Assembly (NCBI GenBank): GCA_050012755.1 | Contig: JBEKGO010000005.1 | Location: 1-64,000 of the forward strand | Length of the DNA stretch: 64,000 bases | Direction of reading: 5' to 3' | Source: Candidatus Bathyarchaeia archaeon | Lineage (GTDB): Archaea; Thermoproteota; Bathyarchaeia; Bathyarchaeales; Bathycorpusculaceae | Shown here: positions 50,538 through 60,214 of the stretch, in pieces | Numbering within the stretch: position 1 is the first letter of the stretch | Layout: each line of letters starts with the position of its first letter | Translations under genes and position numbers: made by a program | Notes under the pieces: model-generated | What the model was told of the DNA's origin: nothing | What the model saw: only the letters and a program-made list of their open reading frames with translations | Databases searched by the model: none

Positions 50538-50561
50538 CTAATTCCTATCTGGTCTTGTCGC

Positions 50562-51413
50562 TTAGAGAAGCTCTGAGTACTCTTTTAATTTGTCAAACAG
50601 TTCGGGTCGTAAATCTCTCAATGTGGGGATAAAGGTTTCAGCTGTTCTCAGATCTCCGTAATCTACTTCGCATATGACAAGGTCTTCTTCATCATACTTT
50701 GCTTTGGCAAGAATATCTCCAGATGGGCTAACTAACCTGCTTCCTCCCCAAAATTGCAGTCCATCTTGGACTCCGACCAGGTTTACGTAGGCAAGATAAG
50801 CGGTATTTTCAATTGCTCTTGCGCAAGTTAATATTTCAAAGTAGCTTCGGCGCACTGCGGGAGATGCTGATATGCAGACAATTAGTTGTGCTCCCTTCAA
50901 ACGGGTTAGTCTGAGGACTTCTGGAAAGAAAATATCGTAACAGATGCACAGACCAATGTTGCCTAAATCTGTTTGAAACGCTGCTGCTTGATAACCTGGA
51001 CGGAAATACCTTTTTTCTTCGAAAACACTGTGCGTTGGCAAGTACATTTTACGGTATTTGCCGATTAAACCTTTTGGACCAACCAAGACAGCAGTGTTAA
51101 AAACTGTTGCTTGTGTTTTCTCGCTTAACTCAGGCATTCCAAAAATAACATGCATGCCCGTTTTCTTTGCCAACTTCTCAACTTTCTCCACAGTTGGTCC
51201 GGGAATAGTTTCCGCTAACTCGTAAAATTGGTCCCTAATCACATAACCAGATACTGAAAGTTCAGGAAAGATAGCAAGATCTGCACCTTGCTCCTTTGCT
51301 TTGAGAGTTATTGCCTCGATTTTTTGAAAATTTCCTTCTTTGTTTTCGCGGTTACTGCTTATTTGGGCAAGGGCAAGTTTGATTTTATCTTTCATGTGTT
51401 TTCCACTTTTCAA
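50562..51413 (-). CDS. Carbon-nitrogen hydrolase (nitrilase family)
   Basis: FPEL, YRKMYLP, ICYDIFFPE (E-K-C triad). Confidence 0.9.
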   Translation of the reverse strand: MKSGKHMKDKIKLALAQISSNRENKEGNFQKIEAITLKAKEQGADLAIFPELSVSGYVIRDQFYELAETIPGPTVEKVEKLAKKTGMHVIFGMPELSEKTQATVFNTAVLVGPKGLIGKYRKMYLPTHSVFEEKRYFRPGYQAAAFQTDLGNIGLCICYDIFFPEVLRLTRLKGAQLIVCISASPAVRRSYFEILTCARAIENTAYLAYVNLVGVQDGLQFWGGSRLVSPSGDILAKAKYDEEDLVICEVDYGDLRTAETFIPTLRDLRPELFDKLKEYSELL

Positions 51414-52252
51414 TAAGTATGTCTGGGAAGCCTAAAATCATTTCCTACAGTTCTATACCCAACTTTAGGGGCTAAAGGCATTCTTCGCTTATGTTCATTT
51501 GCCAGCCATCTAATCTTAACGGCATTAACAATAGCCTTTTGAATTTGCAACTGATCAGCTATTTCATCAGCCGTCATGAACTTCTCAAGCCCATAAAGAA
51601 TAAGATCTAAAGTTTCATATTTGATTCCAAGTTCAGTCTCTGCAAGCTGATCAGGCCAAAGAGCTGGAGTGGATGGTTTCAAAGCAAGTTCTTGCGGGAT
51701 TCCTAAATGAATTGCAAGTCTCCGAACCTGCGTTTTGTACAAATCCATAATTGGAGTTATGTCTGCGGCGGCATCTCCCCATTTAGTAAAATAGCCCATC
51801 ATCGTTTCAGATTTATCGGAGCTGCCGCAAACAATTCTGTTAAACTTGTTAGCGTAATAGTAAAGGTATACCATTCTGGTCCTTGCCTTTAGATTGCCTT
51901 TGCAAAGTCTATCTTTCGGATCAAACACGGGAATTGCTTTATACAAGCATGCTAAGACATCTGACATGTCACAGATTTGTGTTTGCAAATCAAACTTTTC
52001 TGCAACTACCTTTGCGTCATCAATGTCTTTTTGACTGAAGTTTTCCTCTTCAGGCAGCATAAGCCCAAGTACCTTGTTGCCGCCCATTGCGCGGCTCGAA
52101 AGTGCCGCTATTGTTCCGCTGTCAATTCCGCCGGACAGGCCAAGCACGATTCCTTTGGCTCCAGCGTTTTCAACATACTCTTTAATGAATCGACAAATTC
52201 TTTTTTCAGCTTCTGAAAAATCTATTTCTAAAACAAAAGGCGTTAATTTCAA
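51410..52252 (-). CDS. nadE: NAD+ synthetase
   Basis: GLSGGIDS, GNLKARTRM, GYFTKWGD. Confidence 0.93.
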   Translation of the reverse strand: MKLTPFVLEIDFSEAEKRICRFIKEYVENAGAKGIVLGLSGGIDSGTIAALSSRAMGGNKVLGLMLPEEENFSQKDIDDAKVVAEKFDLQTQICDMSDVLACLYKAIPVFDPKDRLCKGNLKARTRMVYLYYYANKFNRIVCGSSDKSETMMGYFTKWGDAAADITPIMDLYKTQVRRLAIHLGIPQELALKPSTPALWPDQLAETELGIKYETLDLILYGLEKFMTADEIADQLQIQKAIVNAVKIRWLANEHKRRMPLAPKVGYRTVGNDFRLPRHTY

Positions 52253-52356
52253 TTAGTTTGTCACGCAGCCTCATATTGTTGAGTTTGTAGGCAAGTATTT
52301 AAGGACAAGGATAAATATTAAATGAACATTATCACCAATTTAGAAGGCTGTTATAT

Positions 52357-52623
52357 TTGGGGCGAAGAAGGAAAAAAGTAGTTCATATTCCCAAGAAACG
52401 TTTACCTAAATTCTTCTCATGCCCAACATGTGGAAAAGAAACGGTTAAAGTTGAAATATTCAGAGAAGACAGTCATGCTGTTGCCCAATGCAGTAGCTGT
52501 GGTCTTAAAGAAGAATTTCCAGTTAAACATGCACAAGGCGAAGTTGACGTTTACTGCATGCTAACCGACCGAGTTTATGGTTCTGCAAAAAGAACCCCTG
52601 TTACAAACGTAAAAAAAGAGTAG
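52357..52623 (+). CDS. elf1: Transcription elongation factor Elf1
   Basis: MGRRRKK...FSCPTC...CSSCG...VDVYC. Confidence 0.88.
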   Translation: MGRRRKKVVHIPKKRLPKFFSCPTCGKETVKVEIFREDSHAVAQCSSCGLKEEFPVKHAQGEVDVYCMLTDRVYGSAKRTPVTNVKKE

Positions 52624-52634
52624 TCGAAGGATTA

Positions 52635-53390
52635 TTGATGCTAGGGCCTGTCGAAAAATACTTGCTCGAAAAAATAAAAGCTGAAGGCTCAATCCATATA
52701 ACCCTTATAGACCCGGAAAAAGCAACGGTTCAACAAGCTGCTAACATTGCTGAAAGCTCCCGAAACAGTGGAACTGTTGCAATAATGGTTGGAGGCTCAA
52801 CTTTTGCTTCTCAAGCTCACCTTGATGACGTTGTAAAATCCATCAAGAACTCTGTAAAACTTCCCACAATACTTTTTCCCAACAACATAACAGGCATAAG
52901 CAGTTATGCCGATGCCATATGGTTTATGTCACTTCTCAATTCAGTAGATCCCTACTTTCTGATGGGGGCCCAGATTCTTGGAGCTCCACTTGTCAAGAAG
53001 TTTCATTTAGAACCTATTTCTATGGGCTATATAATAGTGGGCGATGGGGGAACTGCTGGCATTGTCGGGAAAGCAATTTCAGTTCCGTACAATAAACCTG
53101 AACTCGCAGCTGCTCATGCTCTTGCTGGTCAATATCTTGGGATGCGCTTTATTTATTTGGAAGGTGGGTCTGGCGCAGCAAATCCTGTACCCCCTGAAAT
53201 GATTCGGGCCGTCAAACATTTGCTTGAAATTCCTCTCATTGTGGGCGGAGGAATAAGAACTAAGGAGCAAGCAGTAGCTGCTACCTCTGCCGGAGCAGAT
53301 ATAATCGTAACCGGTAACGTTACTGAGACCTCTGATGCTAACCAAAGGATTTCCGAAATCATCGGGGCCATCAAGGGCATTAAAGTTTAG
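52635..53390 (+). CDS. Geranylgeranylglyceryl phosphate synthase
   Basis: TLIDPEK, MVGGST, FMSLLNS, YLEGGSGA, VGGGIR. Confidence 0.92.
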   Translation: MMLGPVEKYLLEKIKAEGSIHITLIDPEKATVQQAANIAESSRNSGTVAIMVGGSTFASQAHLDDVVKSIKNSVKLPTILFPNNITGISSYADAIWFMSLLNSVDPYFLMGAQILGAPLVKKFHLEPISMGYIIVGDGGTAGIVGKAISVPYNKPELAAAHALAGQYLGMRFIYLEGGSGAANPVPPEMIRAVKHLLEIPLIVGGGIRTKEQAVAATSAGADIIVTGNVTETSDANQRISEIIGAIKGIKV

Positions 53391-53479
53391 TGCTGCGACT
53401 TTCTGCCTGCCTTTTCTGATTAGTTTTTAGAAAGCCAAAATAACCTATTATTCTATATGTTGCCAATGGAAGCTGCACT

Positions 53480-56400
53480 TTGAACATTAGCAAAGGCTAT
53501 CAAAATTACGTTGAAACAATGGAAAAAACACTGAAGCAACTATATGCGATAAGCGATAGCGCCAGATCAAAAGGCTTAGATCCATCTTTGAAAACGGAAT
53601 GCATCATCGCGCAAGACATCGCTGACTTAGTAGAAGGCTTAGTTGGTCCAAAAAATGTAGCTCTCAGCATAAGAGACTTAAGCACCAAAATTCCAAGAGA
53701 AGAAATCGCGTTTAGAGTTGCAGAAGAAATCGTTCTAGGAAAATTCGGTAGCATGGACCCTGAAAGGGCTGCTGAACAGGCGATTCGAACAGCTCTTGCA
53801 ATTTTCACTGAAGGCTTGACTGCCGCACCGATTCAGGGCGTAGCCGAAGTCAAGATAAAAACTAACGCCGATAGGACGCGCTACTTGGCGATATATTTTG
53901 CAGGGCCAATCAGGTCGGCAGGCGGAACAGACCAGGCGCTAACTTTGGTTGTGGGCGACTTTGTACGTCGTCAGCTTGGTCTTGATAAGTATAAGCCTAC
54001 CGATGAAGAGGTTTCCCGTTTTATTGAAGAATTAAGGTTATATGAACGATCGGTTGGTCGTTTTCAATATCACATTCCTGATGAAGAATTGAAGAAAGCA
54101 CTGAACCTGATTCCAGTTGAATGCACCGGCACAGAATCCGACCCTGTAGAAGTCTCTTCCTACAGAAACCTACCAAGAGTAGAAACAAATCGTGTTAGAG
54201 GAGGCGCACTCAGAGTAGTTAACGATGGCATCGTTGGGCGAGCGCAAAAAGTGTCCGTCATCATTGACAAGATTGGTTTTCAAGGCTGGGATTGGCTAAA
54301 GGAATTCAAAAAGAAATCAGAGAAGAAATCAGGCGGGTTTATGGACGATGTGATTGCGGGTCGTCCAATATTTGCTTTTCCATCGCGACGAGGCGGCTTC
54401 AGGTTAAGGTATGGCCGATCACGGAACACGGGTCTCTCCGCCGTAGGAATCCATCCTGCAACAATGCATGTGCTAGAGAATTTTCTAGCAGCTGGAACGC
54501 AGATGCGTTTAGAGCTTCCAGGGAAAGGTTGTGTTACTCTTCCAGTAGATGCTATCGAGCCCCCTGTTGTTTTGTTAAAGGATAACTCGGTAGTTCGAGT
54601 GACTTTAGAAAATTTTGGTGAAGTTAAAGGTAAAATCCAAAAAATCCTTTTTCTAGGCGACATTCTGATTAGTTTTGGAGATTTTCTTTATTCTAACAAA
54701 ACGCTTCCACCATCAGGGTACGTTGAGGAATGGTGGGCTAAGGATGTTCAGAGAGCTGTTGAACAAAAATTTGGCTCAGACTGTCGGAAGGCGGCAGATG
54801 ATATTCAAATTTCTTTATCGCGATTAAACGGTTTTGTAGCTGACCCTTTTAGTAATAAACCTACGCTTAGGGAGGCAGTGCTTCTCAGCTTGCATTTAGG
54901 CGTGCCTTTGCACCCAAGTTACCTGTTCTTTTGGTCAAGCTTATGTGATGTTCAAGAGGTTGAACTGCTGAGAAAGTGGTTGGCTTCTGGTGAGGTTTTG
55001 ATCGAAGATGGTATTGTTAATAAAATTTCATGTGATGTTAAAGAAGACGTTACGAGTCTGTTGAGAAAAATCCTTGTTCCCCACAAGATAACTGGTGGAA
55101 AGATTTTGTTGCAAGGCGAAGCTGCAGGTGCTTTAGCGCTGTGTCTGGGTCTTGGTAAAACCATTGACATCGCTCAAGCAATGACTGTGCTGGAAGCAGT
55201 CAGTGCGCTTTCGGGTGTGCAGGTTAAAGATAAAGCACCAACTTATGTAGGTGGACGCATGGGGCGTCCGGAGAAAGCCAAAAGACGCGATATGAGGCCA
55301 CCTGTTCATGTCCTTTTCCCAGTTAGCCTGGCTGGCGGAATGCATAGAGATCTCTTGGAAGCGGCAAAGCAGGGTCCTGTGTTTGTTGAAATGGTTAAGC
55401 GTAAGTGTCCAAACTGCAAAAATTACACTTTAAGGGTCAAATGCTCCAACTGCGGATGCAACACTGTTGCGGAAAGTTGTTGCCCTCGCTGTGGAAGAAC
55501 TTTAAAAGATAACAGTTGCCTCACTTGCAAGACTGATGCTGTTCAGTACCAGCGACAACCTGTTAACTTTAAAGACATCATTGGTGACGCCTGCAAATCT
55601 CTTGGTTATCCAGCTCCCAAAATGCTAAGAGGCGTTAAAGGCTTAACTAACAAGGATAAGACTCCGGAAATTATCGAAAAAGGTATTTTGCGGGCAAAAT
55701 ATGATTTATCAGTTTACAAGGATGGCACAATCCGCTTTGATGCTACCAACGCTCCTTTAACACATTTTACTCCTGCCGAAGTTGGCGTGTCCGTTGAAAA
55801 AATAAGACAGTTAGGCTATTGCTCTGATACACATGGCGCAAGCTTAACTGATCCTGATCAAGTCTGTGAGCTCAAAGTTCAAGATATTGTAATTCCATGG
55901 CGAGCAGGAGATTATTTTATTCAGATCGCAGCTTTTATTGACGATTTGCTAGTCAGAGTTTACAAACTTCCAGCTTACTACAACGTCCAGAAGCCTGAAG
56001 ACCTTGTTGGGCATCTGGTTTTTGGTTTAGCGCCCCACACCTGTGCTTGTATTCTGGGGCGCGTCGTTGGTTACACTGATCGTAACGTGATTTACGCCCA
56101 CCCTATATGGCACTCAGCCAAACGCCGAGACTGCGACGGCGATGAAGACGCGATTATGTTAGCCTTAGATACCCTTGTAAATTTCTCCAATGTTTATTTG
56201 CCTGCTCAAATTGGCGGAATAATGGATGCCCCCATACTTCTAATTCCGTTTGTTAACACCAGGGAAGTTCAAAGGCAAGCTCACGATTTTGATGTTGACG
56301 CGACATATCCTCTTGAGTTCTACCAAAAAACTTGGGATAAAGGAGAAGCTAAACACGTGAGCTCAATTATGGATGTTATCAGTCATAGGCTTGGGACTGA

Positions 56401-56884
56401 AGCGCAGTTTGAAGGCTTCCAATATACTACACCTGTGACAAACATAAACCTTGGAAACGCTAACAGCGCATACAAAGAATTCAAATCAATGATTGAAAAA
56501 CTCAACATGCAATTAGAGTTAGGTTCAAGAATTGATGCTGTAGACGTCAAACGGGTTGCCTTAAAAGTTCTGACAACCCATTTCCTCAGAGACATAGCAG
56601 GCAATCTGCGTGCTTTCTCAACTCAAGCGTTTAGGTGTAAATCGTGCAACAAAAAGTTTCGCCGCCTGCCTCTCAAAGGAAAATGCCCCTACTGTGGTGG
56701 AAAGTTGACGCTTACTGTTTACCGTGGTGGCATCGAGAAGTATCTGGTAGCAGCCCAGCAGCTTGTTGACACTTATGGCTTGCCCAAATATTATACTCAA
56801 CGTATGGATCTGATAAAAGAAGAGATAGCCTCAATATTTGATAACAAAAAACCAAAGCAAGCTAAACTTTTTGATTTTGAGTAA
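53480..56884 (+). CDS. polD2: DNA polymerase D large subunit DP2
   Basis: AGPIRSAGGT, FRLRYGRSR, RMGRPEKA, KRRDCDGDED; no intein seen. Confidence 0.96.
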   Translation: MNISKGYQNYVETMEKTLKQLYAISDSARSKGLDPSLKTECIIAQDIADLVEGLVGPKNVALSIRDLSTKIPREEIAFRVAEEIVLGKFGSMDPERAAEQAIRTALAIFTEGLTAAPIQGVAEVKIKTNADRTRYLAIYFAGPIRSAGGTDQALTLVVGDFVRRQLGLDKYKPTDEEVSRFIEELRLYERSVGRFQYHIPDEELKKALNLIPVECTGTESDPVEVSSYRNLPRVETNRVRGGALRVVNDGIVGRAQKVSVIIDKIGFQGWDWLKEFKKKSEKKSGGFMDDVIAGRPIFAFPSRRGGFRLRYGRSRNTGLSAVGIHPATMHVLENFLAAGTQMRLELPGKGCVTLPVDAIEPPVVLLKDNSVVRVTLENFGEVKGKIQKILFLGDILISFGDFLYSNKTLPPSGYVEEWWAKDVQRAVEQKFGSDCRKAADDIQISLSRLNGFVADPFSNKPTLREAVLLSLHLGVPLHPSYLFFWSSLCDVQEVELLRKWLASGEVLIEDGIVNKISCDVKEDVTSLLRKILVPHKITGGKILLQGEAAGALALCLGLGKTIDIAQAMTVLEAVSALSGVQVKDKAPTYVGGRMGRPEKAKRRDMRPPVHVLFPVSLAGGMHRDLLEAAKQGPVFVEMVKRKCPNCKNYTLRVKCSNCGCNTVAESCCPRCGRTLKDNSCLTCKTDAVQYQRQPVNFKDIIGDACKSLGYPAPKMLRGVKGLTNKDKTPEIIEKGILRAKYDLSVYKDGTIRFDATNAPLTHFTPAEVGVSVEKIRQLGYCSDTHGASLTDPDQVCELKVQDIVIPWRAGDYFIQIAAFIDDLLVRVYKLPAYYNVQKPEDLVGHLVFGLAPHTCACILGRVVGYTDRNVIYAHPIWHSAKRRDCDGDEDAIMLALDTLVNFSNVYLPAQIGGIMDAPILLIPFVNTREVQRQAHDFDVDATYPLEFYQKTWDKGEAKHVSSIMDVISHRLGTEAQFEGFQYTTPVTNINLGNANSAYKEFKSMIEKLNMQLELGSRIDAVDVKRVALKVLTTHFLRDIAGNLRAFSTQAFRCKSCNKKFRRLPLKGKCPYCGGKLTLTVYRGGIEKYLVAAQQLVDTYGLPKYYTQRMDLIKEEIASIFDNKKPKQAKLFDFE

Positions 56885-56963
56885 GCTAAAGCTTTTCAAT
56901 GTAAAACGCTTGTTTATCTATGGGTGAACAATCATAAGGGAAACTCTGCATCCGAACGCTTTC

Positions 56964-57194
56964 TTGAAAAATATAAGAAATGTAAATAGTGGTCTTAAAG
57001 CTAGAACTAAGATATTGGAAACTCTTGAGGCCAAACCAAGTTTCGCTGGAAGAATAGCCAAAGAAGCTTTCTTATCTTATAGCGTTGTGATACATCACCT
57101 GCGGCTTCTCGAAAAAGAAGGCATTGTTTACCGCAAAGGAAGTAGACCCTACTATTGGGTATCTACAGGGTTAGGGCAGAAACGCCTAAGTTAG
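56964..57194 (+). CDS. ArsR-like wHTH protein
   Basis: LSYSVVIHHLRLLEKEGIV. Confidence 0.75.
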   Translation: MKNIRNVNSGLKARTKILETLEAKPSFAGRIAKEAFLSYSVVIHHLRLLEKEGIVYRKGSRPYYWVSTGLGQKRLS

Positions 57195-57526
57195 AAAGTA
57201 CATTCGCACGGTGAATGCTGGCATTTTGGGCATTTATGGTTATATTTGTTGACAGCTGCTTTTTCAAGATTAATCTCCATTATGTTTGCGAGGGACGCAA
57301 GCCACGCAATCACATCAGCAAATTCTTTCTCGGTAGCCTCCTTGTCAGTCCCTTTCCTTAACTCTTCGCCCAATTCCTCAACCTCGTCAACAAGCCAATT
57401 AAAAGTCCCGTTTACTCCACGTTCAGAGTCTCTCTTGAAATACAGTTGCCGCATCATTTCTTGAAATTCATGGATTTGCATATGCTCACCAATTTGACAT
57501 TCAATAAGTAAAATTCCTTTAAACAT
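57191..57526 (-). CDS. MazG-like nucleotide pyrophosphohydrolase
   Basis: WLVDEVEELGE...EFADVIAWLASLAN, C-terminal CPKC..PCEC. Confidence 0.85.
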   Translation of the reverse strand: MFKGILLIECQIGEHMQIHEFQEMMRQLYFKRDSERGVNGTFNWLVDEVEELGEELRKGTDKEATEKEFADVIAWLASLANIMEINLEKAAVNKYNHKCPKCQHSPCECTF

Positions 57527-57615
57527 TTAAGGTATGATTTGTGAAAATACTGTTTAGCCTTCTGTCTGCGCAAGATTAATTAAATGCAGGCAATACATGA
57601 GAGGCAGGGATATTG

Positions 57616-57789
57616 GTGAGTAGGAAGAAAAAGAAAGACACGGGTCCAATGCCTGCAGCAAGTGCAGGTTTGCTTAGGTTCTTCGAGGAAGAAACCGAAG
57701 GAATAAAAATTAGACCTGAACTGCTCGTAGTGTTCGCAGTTTCACTAATAGTCATTTCTGTTTTGGCTAAAGTATTTTTTGCAGGTTAA
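57616..57789 (+). CDS. secG: Preprotein translocase Sec61beta (not in ORF track)
   Basis: MSRKKKKDTGPMPAASAGLLRFFEEETEGIKIRPELLVVFAVSLIVISVLAKVFFAG. Confidence 0.88.
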   Translation: MSRKKKKDTGPMPAASAGLLRFFEEETEGIKIRPELLVVFAVSLIVISVLAKVFFAG

Positions 57790-57796
57790 ACGCGTC

Positions 57797-58087
57797 TTAC
57801 CGCCTCGGCGGGGTCGCGTGCAAAACTTCTATTCTTTGAACCGAATTCAAATGAAGAAATAGTTCGCTTCTTTCTTCTCGACTCGCAACTTGCGGAATAG
57901 GCTGGGCAATAGTTGATCTTAAAACAATTGCTTCTGCGTCTGATAGCCAGATACCTGATGGTTCATGCGTTACTGCAACCAGCATGCCTTCAAAACCATA
58001 GGCTGGATCTATAATAACACGGATTTTTTTGCCTAAGTTCCTCTCCAACATGTGAAATATTGAAGGAGGCAAATCTTGATCTGCCAT
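57797..58087 (-). CDS. Sm/Lsm-fold protein
   Basis: LGKKIRVII...FEGMLVAV...IWLSDAE resembles the Sm1 motif. Confidence 0.6.
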   Translation of the reverse strand: MADQDLPPSIFHMLERNLGKKIRVIIDPAYGFEGMLVAVTHEPSGIWLSDAEAIVLRSTIAQPIPQVASREERSELFLHLNSVQRIEVLHATPPRR

Positions 58088-58334
58088 AGAGCTCGCAAAC
58101 TAATACAATAGTTATCCTAAAGATAAAACAGTTCCCCTGCTAAAACCATATTGACTTCTCTGCTCATTGGTGAAAAGTGCCGTTTGTTGCCTTTGTTTTT
58201 TTACTCCTTCATGCCTAATTACACCCGCCTCGCTTGTCTGTTATAACAAAATTTGTGTTTCTTGCTCTTACTTTGGCTAAAGAATTTTAATAACTCCTTC
58301 TAAATCCATATGGCAGCTTAGCAGAGTTGAAAGC

Positions 58335-60161
58335 ATGGAGAGCAAAAGTTCACTTAATAAATCAATTGATAGTGCCTCTAAACACTACTCCTCTATGTTT
58401 CCTCTTCCCTCGTTCAGAACAGCCCTTGTTGTCGTCGCTGCGTTATGCATAGCAAATGGGCTTTCAACTTTCGCCGTCCCCCAGTCTCAAAAGCTACTTT
58501 ATGGTTTAGCTCTTGGTCTTGCTTTTTTCGCTCTTACCCTTGTCTCTGACTTAATAATAACCAAGATACCCCTTAGAAATGACCCAATTTTCTCGTTAAG
58601 ACGTACTCTTGTCGTATCCCTTGTTGGATGGATTATATGGCTTGTTTTCAATATCTCAGGTATCGCGTTAAGCTTTACATTTGGCTTTTTGATTTGGGTT
58701 AAACTCTGCCTAATAGGCTACGCAGCCGTCATAACTCTTAGAATCATCGTTCTGATTGCAACTTCAACCTCCGATCGTTGGAGAAAAGGGATATCTGTCT
58801 TGTTTCAACCTGCCCTTTGTATAATTGCTTTTGTGATTTTTTGGTTTAACACTTCAAACGCATTTCCGCTTATGCAAGTTTTGCTTTTCATTGTTGTTTC
58901 TCCAATAATCTCTTTTCTTTCAGTCATTCTATTTTTTTACTCTATTGAACGTTCAAGTCAGAAAACCTTTTCAATGCGCTCCATACCCCTGTTTAGAGCA
59001 TTCATAGTTAACTGGGCAACCGACCAAAATGCGCTTATGGAAAAATACCTTGAAGAAATGGGTGAAGACAAAGACATTGAAGTTACTCTTCTAAAATTTG
59101 ACTCTTCGAAACCTAAAGCGGCTATCATTGTTCCGCTTGTGCACCCAGGTCCATTCAAGAATATCGGCAGCAGTCTGTTGCCTTCGCTTCTGAAACAAGG
59201 CTTTGAAGAAGAATATGGCTGTGCCACTTGTACTCCTTTGGGCATTCTTGGTCATGAGCTTGATTTGGCTTCGCAAGAGCAGAATCATAAAATAGTTTCT
59301 CAGGTAATCGCTTCTGCAAAGTTTAAGTCTACGGCAGATTTAGCGTCGCCTTCTGTCAGAATCACAGAGGGTGCTGCTACTGCTTCAGGCCAGATTTTTG
59401 GAGATACACTTTTTCTTTCTTTTTCGCTTGCTCCAGAAACAACTGAAGATTTACCGCAAGGCCTAGGTCGATTTGTTGTTGAGGAAGCAGCAAAATACGG
59501 TTTAAACGGTTCTGTAGTAGTTAATACTCACAATAGCATTAGCGACTTGGTTGATGTCGAAGCGCATTTGAACGAATTACAAACTGCCGCTTCTAAATGT
59601 ATTCAAAAGGCAGTAAGACTGCAAACGAAACGGTTCTTGGTTGGCGCTGATAGCGTGTTTCCAAAAGAATTTTCGTTGAAGAACGGAATGGGTACGGGCG
59701 GAATCACAGCTATCGTTGTTCAAGTAGAGACCCAGAAAACCGTTTATGTCGTCATTGACGGAAATAATATGATTCCTGGGTTGCGTGAAAAGATTCTTAC
59801 GTCTTTGGCTTCAGTCGGGTTTGCTGCAAGTGAAGTTTTCACTACTGATACTCATGCTGTGAGTGCATTGATCACTGGTGGGCGGGCTGGTCGACGAGGT
59901 TACCATCCTGTTGGCGAAGCGATGGATCAAGAATTGCTGACCCGTTACATCTGTGATGTTGCAAAAAACGCAGGCGCAAACTTGGAGGTCGTCAGTGCTG
60001 GATACTCGAACTTCATTGTTCCGCAAGTCAGAGTAATCGGGGAAGAACGGTTGAAATCAATAACAACACTTGTTGATAGCGCCATTAAAAAAGCAAAACA
60101 AATGCTTCCAATTTTTGGGTTAGAAGGTCTACTTCTAATCTTGCTCTTGCTGCTCTTCTAA
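58335..60161 (+). CDS. DUF2070 family membrane protein
   Basis: N-terminal TM bundle, VHPGPF..IGSS.LP, DGNN, TTDTH. Confidence 0.85.
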   Translation: MESKSSLNKSIDSASKHYSSMFPLPSFRTALVVVAALCIANGLSTFAVPQSQKLLYGLALGLAFFALTLVSDLIITKIPLRNDPIFSLRRTLVVSLVGWIIWLVFNISGIALSFTFGFLIWVKLCLIGYAAVITLRIIVLIATSTSDRWRKGISVLFQPALCIIAFVIFWFNTSNAFPLMQVLLFIVVSPIISFLSVILFFYSIERSSQKTFSMRSIPLFRAFIVNWATDQNALMEKYLEEMGEDKDIEVTLLKFDSSKPKAAIIVPLVHPGPFKNIGSSLLPSLLKQGFEEEYGCATCTPLGILGHELDLASQEQNHKIVSQVIASAKFKSTADLASPSVRITEGAATASGQIFGDTLFLSFSLAPETTEDLPQGLGRFVVEEAAKYGLNGSVVVNTHNSISDLVDVEAHLNELQTAASKCIQKAVRLQTKRFLVGADSVFPKEFSLKNGMGTGGITAIVVQVETQKTVYVVIDGNNMIPGLREKILTSLASVGFAASEVFTTDTHAVSALITGGRAGRRGYHPVGEAMDQELLTRYICDVAKNAGANLEVVSAGYSNFIVPQVRVIGEERLKSITTLVDSAIKKAKQMLPIFGLEGLLLILLLLLF

Positions 60162-60214
60162 ATTAACGTAGCTTACAGAGTAGTAAAGGTTAATATTGAT
60201 TCTTTACTAGGCTT

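Noticed and set aside
53480-56884. Intein in DP2
   Set aside because: Length is normal and the KRRDCDGDED region is uninterrupted.
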